Source of the DNA: Candidatus Planktophila sp.
GTDB lineage: Bacteria > Actinomycetota > Actinomycetes > Nanopelagicales > Nanopelagicaceae
Assembly (NCBI GenBank): GCA_044345775.1
Contig: JBIJAL010000001.1
Location: 1 to 52,353, forward strand
Reading direction: 5' to 3'
DNA: 52,353 nt
Below are positions 1-10,756 of the stretch, piece after piece. Position 1 is the first letter of the stretch; every line of letters begins with the position of its first letter. The position numbers and the translations under genes are program-made. Below the pieces are notes generated by a model. That model saw only the letters and a program-made list of their open reading frames with translations, was not told the origin of the DNA and did no database searches.

Positions 1-599
1 ATTCCAAGTGAGGTGAGGTGATCTAGGTGCTGCTCGACCCCATTGATATCTCCTCCAAAGAATTCAGTACCCGTCGTCTTATCGCGCCCACGTGGAAGTT
101 CATCCCATTCGCGCGGTGTCGCCCACGAAGGCAGTTCTCTCTCGATTCCAGACTTTGCAAATCGATCAGGGAAAATCTGATAAAAAACTGAGGAACGGAT
201 CCAATTCGGGTAGGCAGGTAGGGCCACGATTTTAAAGTCATCATTGCTATGAACATCGTGATCAAAGACGCCTCGAGCGTTGAGCCATTCGTACCTATTC
301 TCTGAGATAAATACAAATCGGTAAGAGGTTTTTAGATTTACAATCTCAACTTTTATCCCCCACCAACTTTCAGTGCTTCCCTTGTTCTCAAGCTTCATTT
401 CGTACGAGCGAGGCTCACCATCTTCATAGATTCTGATAAATGCTTTAGTAAATGTATAACTGTGAGGAACTCGAACTCGTAAAGTAATCTTTTTGCCGAT
501 TTTTGGCGCGCTATTGCTTACATAGATTTCACTGCCATCATGATGTGGAGAGGGCAGTACCTGGTTACTTATTTGTTGTTTCGATCTGCTTGAAGGCAA
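1..599 (-). CDS. GH13 alpha-glucosidase / maltodextrin glucosidase, N-terminal part (runs off window start)
   Basis: Manual translation, absent from ORF track because no stop lies in the window: ...PHHDGSEIYV...ESWWG...WIRSSVFYQIFPDRFAKSG...EFFGGDINGVEQHLDHLTSLG. YQIFPDRF and GGD-x-x-G are GH13 motifs. Start uncertain (TTG 599 after GGGAG, or CTG 557). Confidence 0.85.
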   Translation of the reverse strand, partial: MPSSRSKQQISNQVLPSPHHDGSEIYVSNSAPKIGKKITLRVRVPHSYTFTKAFIRIYEDGEPRSYEMKLENKGSTESWWGIKVEIVNLKTSYRFVFISENRYEWLNARGVFDHDVHSNDDFKIVALPAYPNWIRSSVFYQIFPDRFAKSGIERELPSWATPREWDELPRGRDKTTGTEFFGGDINGVEQHLDHLTSLG

Positions 600-2529
600 C
601 CCGATCTCCCTTGATATTGAACGCTGTAGCTTTGATCTCAATCTTGCTTCCGGTTGGATAATCAGTAGGAGAGAGATAAATTCGGTATGGACTATTGAAA
701 TCAGTCCCTACTGATTTCCATTGTGAGGAGCCAACAGATTTCACAGAAAATTCAACTCGGCTGAGCCCAGAACTCTTTAATGGGGCGCTGACTTCAAACA
801 TTCCTGTCAAAAAATCCTTACGGATCTTCAGTGGGCTTGCCATAATTTTCGCTGGAGGCATCACTGAGGTGGACTGCAGAACCACTGAATCAAAGGCAGG
901 GATTGTGAGATTTACCTTGAAACCCTTATTTGTCACCGTTGGTGAACCCAAGAGTGTTTTCCATCGTGCGTTACTAGAGGTAGTTACAGCCACTTGCGAA
1001 GTTTTATCACTGCTATTAAAAGCAACTACATACTCAATCTTTTCTTTAAGGTCATACTTGGAGAGCACGAGGGTGCCGCCTTTGGCTGACCTCACCTGCA
1101 TTTCACCATTGGCCAGTGCTGGATACTTTGCACGAAGTTCTGCTAACTGAGTGAGATGAAGCGCAAGTGGATGTGATGCTGCATTTACAAATGAATTTCC
1201 ATCCCCAACTGGATTAGATCCCACGCGCAGCTCGCTCTTCCAACTGAGAATTTTTGTTTCAAACATACTCTGGCGTGCTCGTTGGTCACCGCCGTTACCA
1301 GAGCCCGTCATTCCAACTTCATCCCCGTAATAAACAGTTGGTATGCCACGTGAGAAATACATAAGCGAATGTGCAATTTTGGTTCTAGCCAATAGATCGG
1401 CTTTTGCACCAATCTGTGTTGCTGGAATGATAAATCCAACTCGTCCCATATCGTGATTACCCAGAAATGTAACAAGATTTGATGCTGTAGACGTTGCCGT
1501 TGTGTACTGGTCGTCAATATCAAAGAGGTTTGCCAAAACAGTGGCATCTGAATATCCGGATGCGAACTGAGTAGCTGTGCGCTGAAAGGCAAAGTCGAGA
1601 ACTGTTTGAATCTTCTTCTCTCGTACATATGTCACTAGATTCATTGGGTTTACATCCCAAACTTCACCGTAAACAGTAAAATTATTGATCCCAACGCTAC
1701 GTGCCGCATCATTGATGCCGGGCGTCCAATTCTTAAAGAAATTATCATCGACGTGGCGCGCAGTATCAACTCGGAAACCCTCAAACCCGTAGCGTTTAAT
1801 CCATTCGCCATAGATTTCGACAAGCCCTTTATACACTTCCTCTTTCTCTGTCGCTAGATCATCCAGGCTATAGAAGTCACCGATCTGTTCACAGCGCCCT
1901 ACTCCCCAACAGCGATCAACGCTTCCCACATTGTGATAGTTATCAAGCTTGTTCAACCATGCTGGATTCTTTGCATTCTTTTGATCTTCGGGCAGGTAAG
2001 CAGTTCTATCTGCGTATTGGATGACATCGCCTGTATGGTTCGTAACTACATCGAGAATTAATTTAAGCCCGAGCTTCTTCGCGCAAGCAGAAAGAGCAAG
2101 AAGATCATTGTTTGTACCTAGATGGGGATCAACGTTAAGAAAATCCTTTCCCCAATATCCATGATAGCCAGCTCCTTGGCCTGTTCCATCTGTCTGTGTT
2201 ACAAGTGGGGTGAGCCAGACTGCTGTGAATCCAAGAGATTTGATGCGCGCTAACCCATCATCTCCGGCTTCACAGGTTCCAGTAAGCCCCTTGAGATCAC
2301 CACCATGAAAATGTGCAGTGCTGGTTGGGTCATATCCCGAAGTAGGATCGACAGTAGTTCCGCCAGCTAAATCATTTGAGGTATCACCGTTGCGATATCG
2401 ATCTGGAAAGACAAAATAGATGAGATCTTTTGTGAGTCCTACCTGTGGTTTAGCGACTTCTTGCGCTGTTGCAGAATATGGAATGAGAAGTGCACAGAGT
2501 GCGATACCTGCAATGAACTTCTTAAGCAT
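565..2529 (-). CDS. secreted alpha-amylase family (GH13) glycoside hydrolase
   Basis: Signal peptide; GH13 regions YHGYW, DVVTNH, GFRVDTARH, GEVW, FLGNHD; located in mal operon. Confidence 0.9.
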   Translation of the reverse strand: MLKKFIAGIALCALLIPYSATAQEVAKPQVGLTKDLIYFVFPDRYRNGDTSNDLAGGTTVDPTSGYDPTSTAHFHGGDLKGLTGTCEAGDDGLARIKSLGFTAVWLTPLVTQTDGTGQGAGYHGYWGKDFLNVDPHLGTNNDLLALSACAKKLGLKLILDVVTNHTGDVIQYADRTAYLPEDQKNAKNPAWLNKLDNYHNVGSVDRCWGVGRCEQIGDFYSLDDLATEKEEVYKGLVEIYGEWIKRYGFEGFRVDTARHVDDNFFKNWTPGINDAARSVGINNFTVYGEVWDVNPMNLVTYVREKKIQTVLDFAFQRTATQFASGYSDATVLANLFDIDDQYTTATSTASNLVTFLGNHDMGRVGFIIPATQIGAKADLLARTKIAHSLMYFSRGIPTVYYGDEVGMTGSGNGGDQRARQSMFETKILSWKSELRVGSNPVGDGNSFVNAASHPLALHLTQLAELRAKYPALANGEMQVRSAKGGTLVLSKYDLKEKIEYVVAFNSSDKTSQVAVTTSSNARWKTLLGSPTVTNKGFKVNLTIPAFDSVVLQSTSVMPPAKIMASPLKIRKDFLTGMFEVSAPLKSSGLSRVEFSVKSVGSSQWKSVGTDFNSPYRIYLSPTDYPTGSKIEIKATAFNIKGDRVAFKQIETTNK

Positions 2530-3380
2530 TAGCCTTTTACAGATCCGGCGGTGAGACCATTAATAATATATCTCTGAAGGCTAAGGAAGATGATCACGAT
2601 AGGCACAGATGCAATGATTGAGCCGGCTGCAAATGGACCCCAGTTTTCATCGTACTGACCACCGATAAACATCTGAAGACCAACAGCGACGGTACGAGAT
2701 TCCATATCAACAAGGAAGAGGCGTGCAAGGATAAATTCGTTGAAAGTACCGATAAAGCTGAGGAGGGAGACAACGGCAAGAACTGGTGCAGCAAGTGGCA
2801 TAAAGATCAGCCAGTATGTTTGAACTGCAGATGCACCATCAATTTTGGCTGCTTCATCTAGCTCTTTAGGAATTGAGTCGACAAAGCCTTTCAAGAGCCA
2901 GATATTTACGCCCATTGCTCCACCAAGGTAGATCAGGAGAAGTCCAGCTTGGGTTCCAAGGCCGATACTTGGTGCGAATGTATAGATGCGCTCCATGATG
3001 ACGTATACGGCAGAGATGGCCAGAATCGCTGGAAACATCTGGACTAGCAGAAGCATCTGAATTCCTATTTTTCGGCCTCTGAAATACAAACGGCTAAATG
3101 CAAAGGCAGATGCTGATCCAATCGATACTGAAAGTACCGCTGTAGCGCCAGCGATCACAAGTGAATTCTTCATCCAGGTTAAATATGGAATTGTGGGATC
3201 TGTAAAGAGCAGCTTGTAATTTGCAAAAGAAATTTCGCGCGGGATGAAAGAGTCAAGGCGCAGGCTGCCGGTTGAGTTAAATGAAGAGATAACAACTAAG
3301 TAAAGAGGGAAAAGTGAAAAGAGGCAGACTGAGATAATGAGTGCGTGGCGCCAAAGATTGTTACGTAGCCAATATGTCAC
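2529..3380 (-). CDS. malG: maltose/maltodextrin ABC transporter permease MalG
   Basis: Multiple TM helices, EAA motif (ELDEAAKIDGAS), C-terminal GLTAGSVKG. Confidence 0.9.
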   Translation of the reverse strand: MTYWLRNNLWRHALIISVCLFSLFPLYLVVISSFNSTGSLRLDSFIPREISFANYKLLFTDPTIPYLTWMKNSLVIAGATAVLSVSIGSASAFAFSRLYFRGRKIGIQMLLLVQMFPAILAISAVYVIMERIYTFAPSIGLGTQAGLLLIYLGGAMGVNIWLLKGFVDSIPKELDEAAKIDGASAVQTYWLIFMPLAAPVLAVVSLLSFIGTFNEFILARLFLVDMESRTVAVGLQMFIGGQYDENWGPFAAGSIIASVPIVIIFLSLQRYIINGLTAGSVKG

Positions 3381-4915
3381 TGGAAGCTCTCCAATACCTT
3401 CGATTTGCGCAATCCATACAATGAAATCGAAGCAATCAGTAAGAAGATAACGAGTGAAATGGCACTGGCAAGGCCTAGATCTTGAACTGAAGAACCAAAT
3501 GCAATCTTGTAGGTGAAGCTGATTAAGATATCCGTAGCGCCAGCAATTTCTCCATCAAGTTCAGAGCGTGGACCACCACCTGTTAACAGGTAAATCAAGT
3601 TAAAGTTGTTAAAGTTGAATGCAAAAGATGCAATGAGCAGTGGTGACAGTATCTGCAATAGAAGTGGCAATGTGATCCTTCTAAAGATCTGACGTGGGTT
3701 AGCACCATCAATAGCAGCTGCCTCTAATAGCTCACTCGGTATCGCCTGCAGTGATCCGCTAGAAACAAGATAGAAGTATGGAAAACCAAGCCAGAGATTA
3801 ACTAGAATAATTGCAAACTTTGCAAAGAGGGCGTTCTGGAACCAGGCAATTTCGGTACCCAAGAGATTATTAATCGCACCGAAATCAGTATTAAACATTC
3901 CGCCCCAGATGAGGATCGACATAATGCTCGGCATGGCGTACGGAAGAATGAGAATCGAACGATAGACGCGACGCCCACGGATAGGTTTATTTAGGGCTAG
4001 TGCCAGCAATAACCCTAGAGCAAAAGTAGTTATTACTGAGAGGCTTGCAAAAATTACTGTCCAAGTGAAAACACTGATCAGGGGTCCACGTAAACGTTCT
4101 TCGGTAAAGAGCTTAGTGTAATTTTCAAACCAGACCGGTGCGCGCCAACCTGGCTCGAGATAGAGATCTGGATTATCTGCAATCGCGTAATTGCCGCGTC
4201 CATTATTGACATACACTTCACCTGAGACAATGTTATTAAATTGATCTTTATCGCCGTCATATGCGAGAACTTGACGCGAGACAATACCGACTTCAAAGCC
4301 TTCAAGGGCTATAAAGAATTCATCCTGGTAGGTAAAACGCTTGCCGGAATAGACCTTATCGGCTGAAGCTAATTCAGAGTCGGTAAGAGCCACAAAGTCT
4401 GGGGCGGACTCGGCAACTCCGTACTCATTAATGGTGAGATCTGATGGGATTAGTGGAACCCGATTGGTCTCAGTTGAAATGAAGTAAGCGCCATTGGTGG
4501 AATCGGAGACAAGGATTGCTTCCCCCATCTGGTAGCGACCAATCTTGATATCAAAAGATGTGCCATCAGCATCGGATTCAAATCCACGGTTTTGAATCTC
4601 CTGAATCGCCTCATCTTTGGAGGTCAAATTGCCAGTTTTGTAGTTATAACCTGACATTGTCACCGTAAAGATAATCGGTGAGAGTACAAAGGCTACAAGA
4701 AGAAGAATGCCAGGAAGGAAAAATTTAAGTGGGATTGAAACTTTCGTTAGATAGGTAATTGCCAGCAAAAGCACTGTTATCGCGAGAAAGGCTGCGATCA
4801 GGAATTCACCTTGTGCGAATGCGCTCTGGGTGAGGGTGACGAGTACTGAACCAATAATTATAAGGACTACAAGTTTAAAGGCGAACGAGACTTTGCCTCT
4901 AAAGAATGAAGTCAT
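3377..4915 (-). CDS. malF: maltose/maltodextrin ABC transporter permease MalF with large extracytoplasmic loop
   Basis: EAA motif (ELLEAAAIDGAN), SFAFNFNNF and AGATDILIS MalF motifs, long hydrophilic loop after the N-terminal TM helices. Confidence 0.9.
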   Translation of the reverse strand: MTSFFRGKVSFAFKLVVLIIIGSVLVTLTQSAFAQGEFLIAAFLAITVLLLAITYLTKVSIPLKFFLPGILLLVAFVLSPIIFTVTMSGYNYKTGNLTSKDEAIQEIQNRGFESDADGTSFDIKIGRYQMGEAILVSDSTNGAYFISTETNRVPLIPSDLTINEYGVAESAPDFVALTDSELASADKVYSGKRFTYQDEFFIALEGFEVGIVSRQVLAYDGDKDQFNNIVSGEVYVNNGRGNYAIADNPDLYLEPGWRAPVWFENYTKLFTEERLRGPLISVFTWTVIFASLSVITTFALGLLLALALNKPIRGRRVYRSILILPYAMPSIMSILIWGGMFNTDFGAINNLLGTEIAWFQNALFAKFAIILVNLWLGFPYFYLVSSGSLQAIPSELLEAAAIDGANPRQIFRRITLPLLLQILSPLLIASFAFNFNNFNLIYLLTGGGPRSELDGEIAGATDILISFTYKIAFGSSVQDLGLASAISLVIFLLIASISLYGLRKSKVLESFQ

Positions 4916-4942
4916 GATTACAGAATACCTTTCTGATGAAGT

Positions 4943-4984
4943 AAAAACTAATGCGGGCGAATCGCTTCGCCCGCATTAGTTTTT
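4943..4984. terminator. perfect 19-bp hairpin between malE and malF (intrinsic terminator / mRNA stabiliser)
   Basis: AAAAACTAATGCGGGCGAA-TCGC-TTCGCCCGCATTAGTTTTT; ends in a T run on both strands. Confidence 0.85.
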
Positions 4985-5000
4985 CGCTTACTAGACCTCT

Positions 5001-6263
5001 TTAGAGATCAGACTTTCCTGCTGTTGTATTTGCACGCCAGATTGCTGCGAGCTTATTGCCTTCAGTTACTGGATCTTTTCCATCTACGAGTACAGCTGTC
5101 CAATATGCTGGTGCTGAATCCCAGTAGTTAGCGCCTCCTGCATTGTTATTAAGGAATGCGCCAATCTGTGGAAGGCTGGAAAGTGATGCAGCGGCACCAA
5201 ATCCACGCTGTGCGGCAGATACGGTTGCATCAAGTGCGGCACCCTTTTCTGCTGGTGGGCGACCTTCGAACTTCTGGTAGCGAACTTGTCCATCTGTTGA
5301 ACCGAAGAAGTTTGTAAGAAGTGACTTAGCGCCAGCTTCTACTCCGTGCTTGGCAGCAAATGTTGTAAGAAGCGCTCCAGATACTGAACCGAACATCTTT
5401 CCTTGCTTTCCAGTAGTAACGCCTGGAACTGGCATGAGGTTCATGGTGAAGCCCTTATCTACATAATCTTTCCACTCCCAGTTACCGATGATTGCGTAAG
5501 GAACCTTTCCATCGATGAAGTTGTCCTTACAACCGGCATCTGATGCTGGAAGGAAGCCATTGCTCTTCTTTCCGCCATCGAGAAGTAGGGTACGAACATT
5601 TCTTCCGAAAGTTGTACCGTTAAATGAACGACCGTAAACGATCTGATCGCGTGAGTTGAACTGGTATGCATCGGCACCGAGTGCTGAGAAGATCGAGTGA
5701 GCTCCCCATGACATTCCGCCACCTGCAACGCAGAGACCGGCCTTAAGGCTCTTTGAGGTCTTGTTTGCCTTGTATACGGCAACCATGTCAGCAAAAGTCT
5801 TTGGTGCTGTCTTTACAATATTTGTGTTGTAGATCATCGCAACGTTATTCACATCAACAGGAACTCCGTAGAGCTTACCTCTGTATGTGAGGTCGAAGAG
5901 CTGACCAGGTGTAAAGCGAGCCTTCTGTGACGCAGTAAGAGTTACAGGTGCGAGCTTTCCGCTCTTTGCTCCTGTTGGAACCCAGTCATTTGCGCCCATA
6001 ACAATATCTGGACCTGATGCATCAGTTGCCTTATCGAAAGCTTCCTTGAGTGCATCAAAGTTTGAGAAAGCCTTAACAGTAATTGTGTAACCAGAAACCC
6101 AGTCGCCTTTTTCTGCTAGAACTTTCTTTAGGTTTGCCCCGCGAGATTCATCAGCCCACACAACGATTTCATTCGTTGCACTTGCTGATGGCACGACGAG
6201 ACCAGAAACTGCGATTGCGGCTGCGGCAATAAAACCGGCAACGCCATAACGCTTCTTTGTCAT
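5001..6263 (-). CDS. malE: maltose/maltodextrin ABC transporter substrate-binding protein
   Basis: GPDIVMGANDW, GKLYGVP and MIYN motifs; GGAGG SD before ATG 6263 (track start 6308 is too far upstream); Sec signal peptide ending ASA. Confidence 0.88.
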   Translation of the reverse strand: MTKKRYGVAGFIAAAAIAVSGLVVPSASATNEIVVWADESRGANLKKVLAEKGDWVSGYTITVKAFSNFDALKEAFDKATDASGPDIVMGANDWVPTGAKSGKLAPVTLTASQKARFTPGQLFDLTYRGKLYGVPVDVNNVAMIYNTNIVKTAPKTFADMVAVYKANKTSKSLKAGLCVAGGGMSWGAHSIFSALGADAYQFNSRDQIVYGRSFNGTTFGRNVRTLLLDGGKKSNGFLPASDAGCKDNFIDGKVPYAIIGNWEWKDYVDKGFTMNLMPVPGVTTGKQGKMFGSVSGALLTTFAAKHGVEAGAKSLLTNFFGSTDGQVRYQKFEGRPPAEKGAALDATVSAAQRGFGAAASLSSLPQIGAFLNNNAGGANYWDSAPAYWTAVLVDGKDPVTEGNKLAAIWRANTTAGKSDL

Positions 6264-6434
6264 TAATTTCCTCCATGGATTCACGTGAAGTGCGAGGGTG
6301 CAATTCACAAGTGATTTCGGCGAAGGCGCGCGCCACCGCCGAGGACCCCATTCTTTCGCCTCGGGTAGGGGGTAATCAAATTCCCGCAGGTAAAAAAATC
6401 GAGCCTGAAGGCACTTTATCTAATTGTTATAAAG

Positions 6435-6446
6435 GTAAGCGTTTAC
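6435..6446. promoter_or_regulatory. candidate LacI-family (MalR-like) operator upstream of malE
   Basis: Imperfect palindrome GTAAGCGTTTAC with the central CG typical of LacI-family sites. Confidence 0.45.
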
Positions 6447-6473
6447 AGGAAGGTTTTCATAACCGTGGCTAGG

Positions 6474-7589
6474 CTACTTATGGAGCTGCTCGACCGTTCC
6501 ATCCCAGCCGGTGACATCCTCTGGCTTACGAGGAGCCTTACCAACATAGCGTGCGGATGGGCGGATTAAGCGACCAGTGCGCTTCTGTTCGAGAATGTGT
6601 GCAGACCAACCCGCAGTGCGTGCTGCTGTAAACATTGATGTAAAGAGTGGTGCTGGAACTTCTGCGAAATCCAAAATAATTGCAGCCCAGAACTCAACAT
6701 TTGTTTCAAGTACACGATCTGGTTGGCGTTCACGAAGTTCTTTAAGTGCTGCCTTTTCAAGAGCCTCTGCGACTTCATATCGTGGTGCGTTAAGTTCTTT
6801 TGCGGTACGACGAAGTGTGCGAGCGCGTGGATCTTCTGCGCGATAAACGCGGTGACCAAATCCCATTAAACGTTCTTTGCGATCAAGCAGACCCTTAACG
6901 TATGTCTCTGCATTGCCGGTCTTTTCAACTTCTTCAATCATGTGAAGAACGCGTGATGGCGCTCCACCATGTAGCGGACCTGACATTGCACCGATTGCAC
7001 CAGAAAGTGCGGCGGCAACGTCTGCGCCAGTTGATGCGATAACACGAGCAGTAAATGTTGATGCATTCATTCCGTGTTCTGCTGCAGATACAAAGTAGGC
7101 ATCGATTGCACGAACGTGTAGTGGGTCAGGCTCTCCACGCCAACGAATCATCATGCGCTCAACAACAGTGTGCGCTTTATCGATCTCTGACTCTGGAATT
7201 GGTGCTGCGATAATTCCACGTGCAGCTTGTGCTAGGTATGAAAGAACCATGACAGATGTACGCGCAAGGTTGCTACGAATCTCTTCATCTGAAATATCAA
7301 GTGTTGGCTTAAATCCCCAGGCTGGTGCCAACATGGCAATCGCTGATTGCACATCTACGCGCACATCACCTGAGTGAACTGGAAGTGGAAATGGTTCAGC
7401 GTTCGGAAGACCTGGATTGAATTGATCATCAACGAGCAGTCCCCACACATTTCCAAATGAGACGCGACCAACGAGATCATCTATATCTACACCGCGATAA
7501 CGCAGCGCGCTACCTTCTTTATCAGGCTCAGCAATCTCTGATTCAAATGCAATAACGCCTTCGAGTCCTGGCTTGAAATCATCTGACAC
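6474..7589 (-). CDS. citA: citrate synthase 2 (short actinobacterial type)
   Basis: EHGMNASTF, GPLHGGA, GFGHRVY and NVEFW motifs; GTG start 7589 after GGAG SD. Confidence 0.92.
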   Translation of the reverse strand: MSDDFKPGLEGVIAFESEIAEPDKEGSALRYRGVDIDDLVGRVSFGNVWGLLVDDQFNPGLPNAEPFPLPVHSGDVRVDVQSAIAMLAPAWGFKPTLDISDEEIRSNLARTSVMVLSYLAQAARGIIAAPIPESEIDKAHTVVERMMIRWRGEPDPLHVRAIDAYFVSAAEHGMNASTFTARVIASTGADVAAALSGAIGAMSGPLHGGAPSRVLHMIEEVEKTGNAETYVKGLLDRKERLMGFGHRVYRAEDPRARTLRRTAKELNAPRYEVAEALEKAALKELRERQPDRVLETNVEFWAAIILDFAEVPAPLFTSMFTAARTAGWSAHILEQKRTGRLIRPSARYVGKAPRKPEDVTGWDGTVEQLHK

Positions 7590-7719
7590 GGTGTAGCTCC
7601 AGTCTTGCGCCCCTGGCGGCGCTGGTTTACATCCGCCAATTCTGCACCCGAAAGTGGGGTGCTCGCGACCATTCAAAAGCCAAGATGACGCGGGGGCGAA
7701 AGTGACGTTAGATACAACC

Positions 7720-8394
7720 ATGAGTAAAGAGCCAGACCAGAGCCTGACCCGTGATGCGATCAGGGCGATGCGCCGTTCGTATGGGGATGTAGGGCTTGAA
7801 ACCCTTCCGTCAGATCCCTTGAGCGCATTTTCGATCTGGTTGAATGAGGCAGCCGCCAACGAATACATCGTTGAAGCAAATGCAATGGTCTTATCTACTT
7901 TAGGTGGCGATGAGAAAATTTCCACGCGCACAGTCTTATTGAAAGATATCTCTGATGGTGGATTTACATTTTTCTCAAATTACCAATCACGTAAAGCCCA
8001 TGCGATGGAAATCAATGAACAGGTCACACTTTTATTTCCTTGGTATGCGATGGAGCGCCAGGTAAGTATTGGTGGGCTTGTACAGAAAATTTCTGAGAGC
8101 GAATCAGATAGCTACTTTGCAACACGTCCGTGGTCGAGCCAAATTGGTGCGTGGGCTAGTGCGCAATCTCAACTATTGGAATCGCGGGAAGAGTTAGAGA
8201 GTCGCTTTGCTGGCGCAAGTGAGAAATGGCCAGAGGGTACGAGCGTTCCACGTCCGCCACATTGGGGCGGCTATCGCGTAATGCCGTTGTCGATCGAATT
8301 TTGGCAAGGTCGATACTCGCGACTCCATGATCGATTACGGTTCGAGCGAGAGAACACTGATTCTGAATTCGTACTCACGCGGTACTACCCGTAG
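7720..8394 (+). CDS. pdxH: pyridoxine/pyridoxamine 5'-phosphate oxidase
   Basis: RTVLLK, SQIGAWAS, WGGY and EFWQGR..RLHDR motifs; ATG 7720 preferred. Confidence 0.93.
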   Translation: MSKEPDQSLTRDAIRAMRRSYGDVGLETLPSDPLSAFSIWLNEAAANEYIVEANAMVLSTLGGDEKISTRTVLLKDISDGGFTFFSNYQSRKAHAMEINEQVTLLFPWYAMERQVSIGGLVQKISESESDSYFATRPWSSQIGAWASAQSQLLESREELESRFAGASEKWPEGTSVPRPPHWGGYRVMPLSIEFWQGRYSRLHDRLRFERENTDSEFVLTRYYP

Positions 8395-8400
8395 TCTTAG

Positions 8401-9522
<1,122 letters not shown>

Positions 9523-9524
9523 TA

Positions 9525-10709
9525 ATGCCGCGTAACGTTGTTCGTGATCGCTTCTTTTGGCAGGTAGCCTTTCAAACCGTTGCCATCAATATGTTTTTGG
9601 GTGGTTTTGGCCCATCACAAGGCTTATTGCGCGAAGATCAAGGGACAACTGGCGCACAAGCCGGTCTTCACGGTACAGCCCTAGGCATTGCAGCAATTCT
9701 TGCTGGTTCACTTAACTCACGCCTTGCACATAGATACGGCCGCGTAAAGCTCTCATGGCTTGGCCTTGCACTCTTCTGCGCAGGCTTAAGCGCCTTTATT
9801 CTCTTTCCAACCTATCCAACAACTCTGGTCTCAATTCTCATTACAGGTTTTGGAACATCAACAGTTGTAAACAATGGCCTGACGATGCTTAATCGCCATG
9901 CCGGGGATAAAGCAGCCCTGACGATCTCCCAGGCGAATGCTGTCGCATCTGTCGGATTTATTGCAGGAACCCTCTTAATTGGAACGATCGCTACCCATTA
10001 TCCAGATAAATGGCGGCTAGGACTCTTCCTTATTATTCCATTTTCGCTCTTTACCTATCTCTTTCTACGAGATAAGAAGTATGTCGATCAGGCTTTCGGA
10101 GAACACTCGCATCAACGTGGAAAAATGTCGTTTAAGTTCTGGATTTCATGGATTGGATTTATTGCTTGTATCGGTAGCGAATTTGCAACATCTTTCTGGG
10201 CCGCCAGCCTCTTTAAAGATCGCGTGGGCGGGACAAGTGCATCTGCAACAACAGTAATGCTCGCCTACGGAATTGGTATGGCGCTTGGCCGTTGGTATGT
10301 TGGCCAAATACTTTTTAAATTACACCTTGATCAACAATTGTTAACCGTTATTGGAGTTCAATTTATCGGCTTTGCAATTTTCTGGTTCTCACATATTTAT
10401 GCCTTAAGCATTCTTGGGCTCTTTCTCATCGGCGTTGGGCTATCTACTCAATTCGCTCTGGCATCTCTCAGGTTGATATATCTCAGTGATGGTCGGCCTG
10501 ATCAAGCGATAGGTTTAAGTTCACTGGCGGCAGGGATTGCAATCGCACTTGCACCCCTCGCGCTTGGTCTACTTGATGATCAGTTTGGTATCTCTCGCGC
10601 ATACATCATGGTGCCGGTCTTGATCGCAATCGCATTTATTGTCGTGCTCTTGATCCCGACACATGTGTCACAGAAGAAGGTCCATGAGGCTGAAGGAATT
10701 TCAGAGTGA
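9525..10709 (+). CDS. MFS transporter
   Basis: About 12 hydrophobic segments; motif-A-like RLAHRYGR. Confidence 0.85.
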   Translation: MPRNVVRDRFFWQVAFQTVAINMFLGGFGPSQGLLREDQGTTGAQAGLHGTALGIAAILAGSLNSRLAHRYGRVKLSWLGLALFCAGLSAFILFPTYPTTLVSILITGFGTSTVVNNGLTMLNRHAGDKAALTISQANAVASVGFIAGTLLIGTIATHYPDKWRLGLFLIIPFSLFTYLFLRDKKYVDQAFGEHSHQRGKMSFKFWISWIGFIACIGSEFATSFWAASLFKDRVGGTSASATTVMLAYGIGMALGRWYVGQILFKLHLDQQLLTVIGVQFIGFAIFWFSHIYALSILGLFLIGVGLSTQFALASLRLIYLSDGRPDQAIGLSSLAAGIAIALAPLALGLLDDQFGISRAYIMVPVLIAIAFIVVLLIPTHVSQKKVHEAEGISE

Positions 10710-10756
10710 ATTACAGAAGTAGAAGAATTATCTCTTTGATTACCGTTGTGGTTTTA

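Noticed and set aside
23-316. 97-aa ORF in the track
   Set aside because: Out-of-frame shadow of the real GH13 gene. The G homopolymers near 40 and 360 were checked and cause no frameshift.
7590-7931. Extended starts for citA and pdxH (similarly the SDR, ppk1, SGNH, UPF0303 and aldo/keto reductase genes)
   Set aside because: Most extensions overlap neighbouring genes; downstream starts have an SD or a -10-like box at leaderless spacing.
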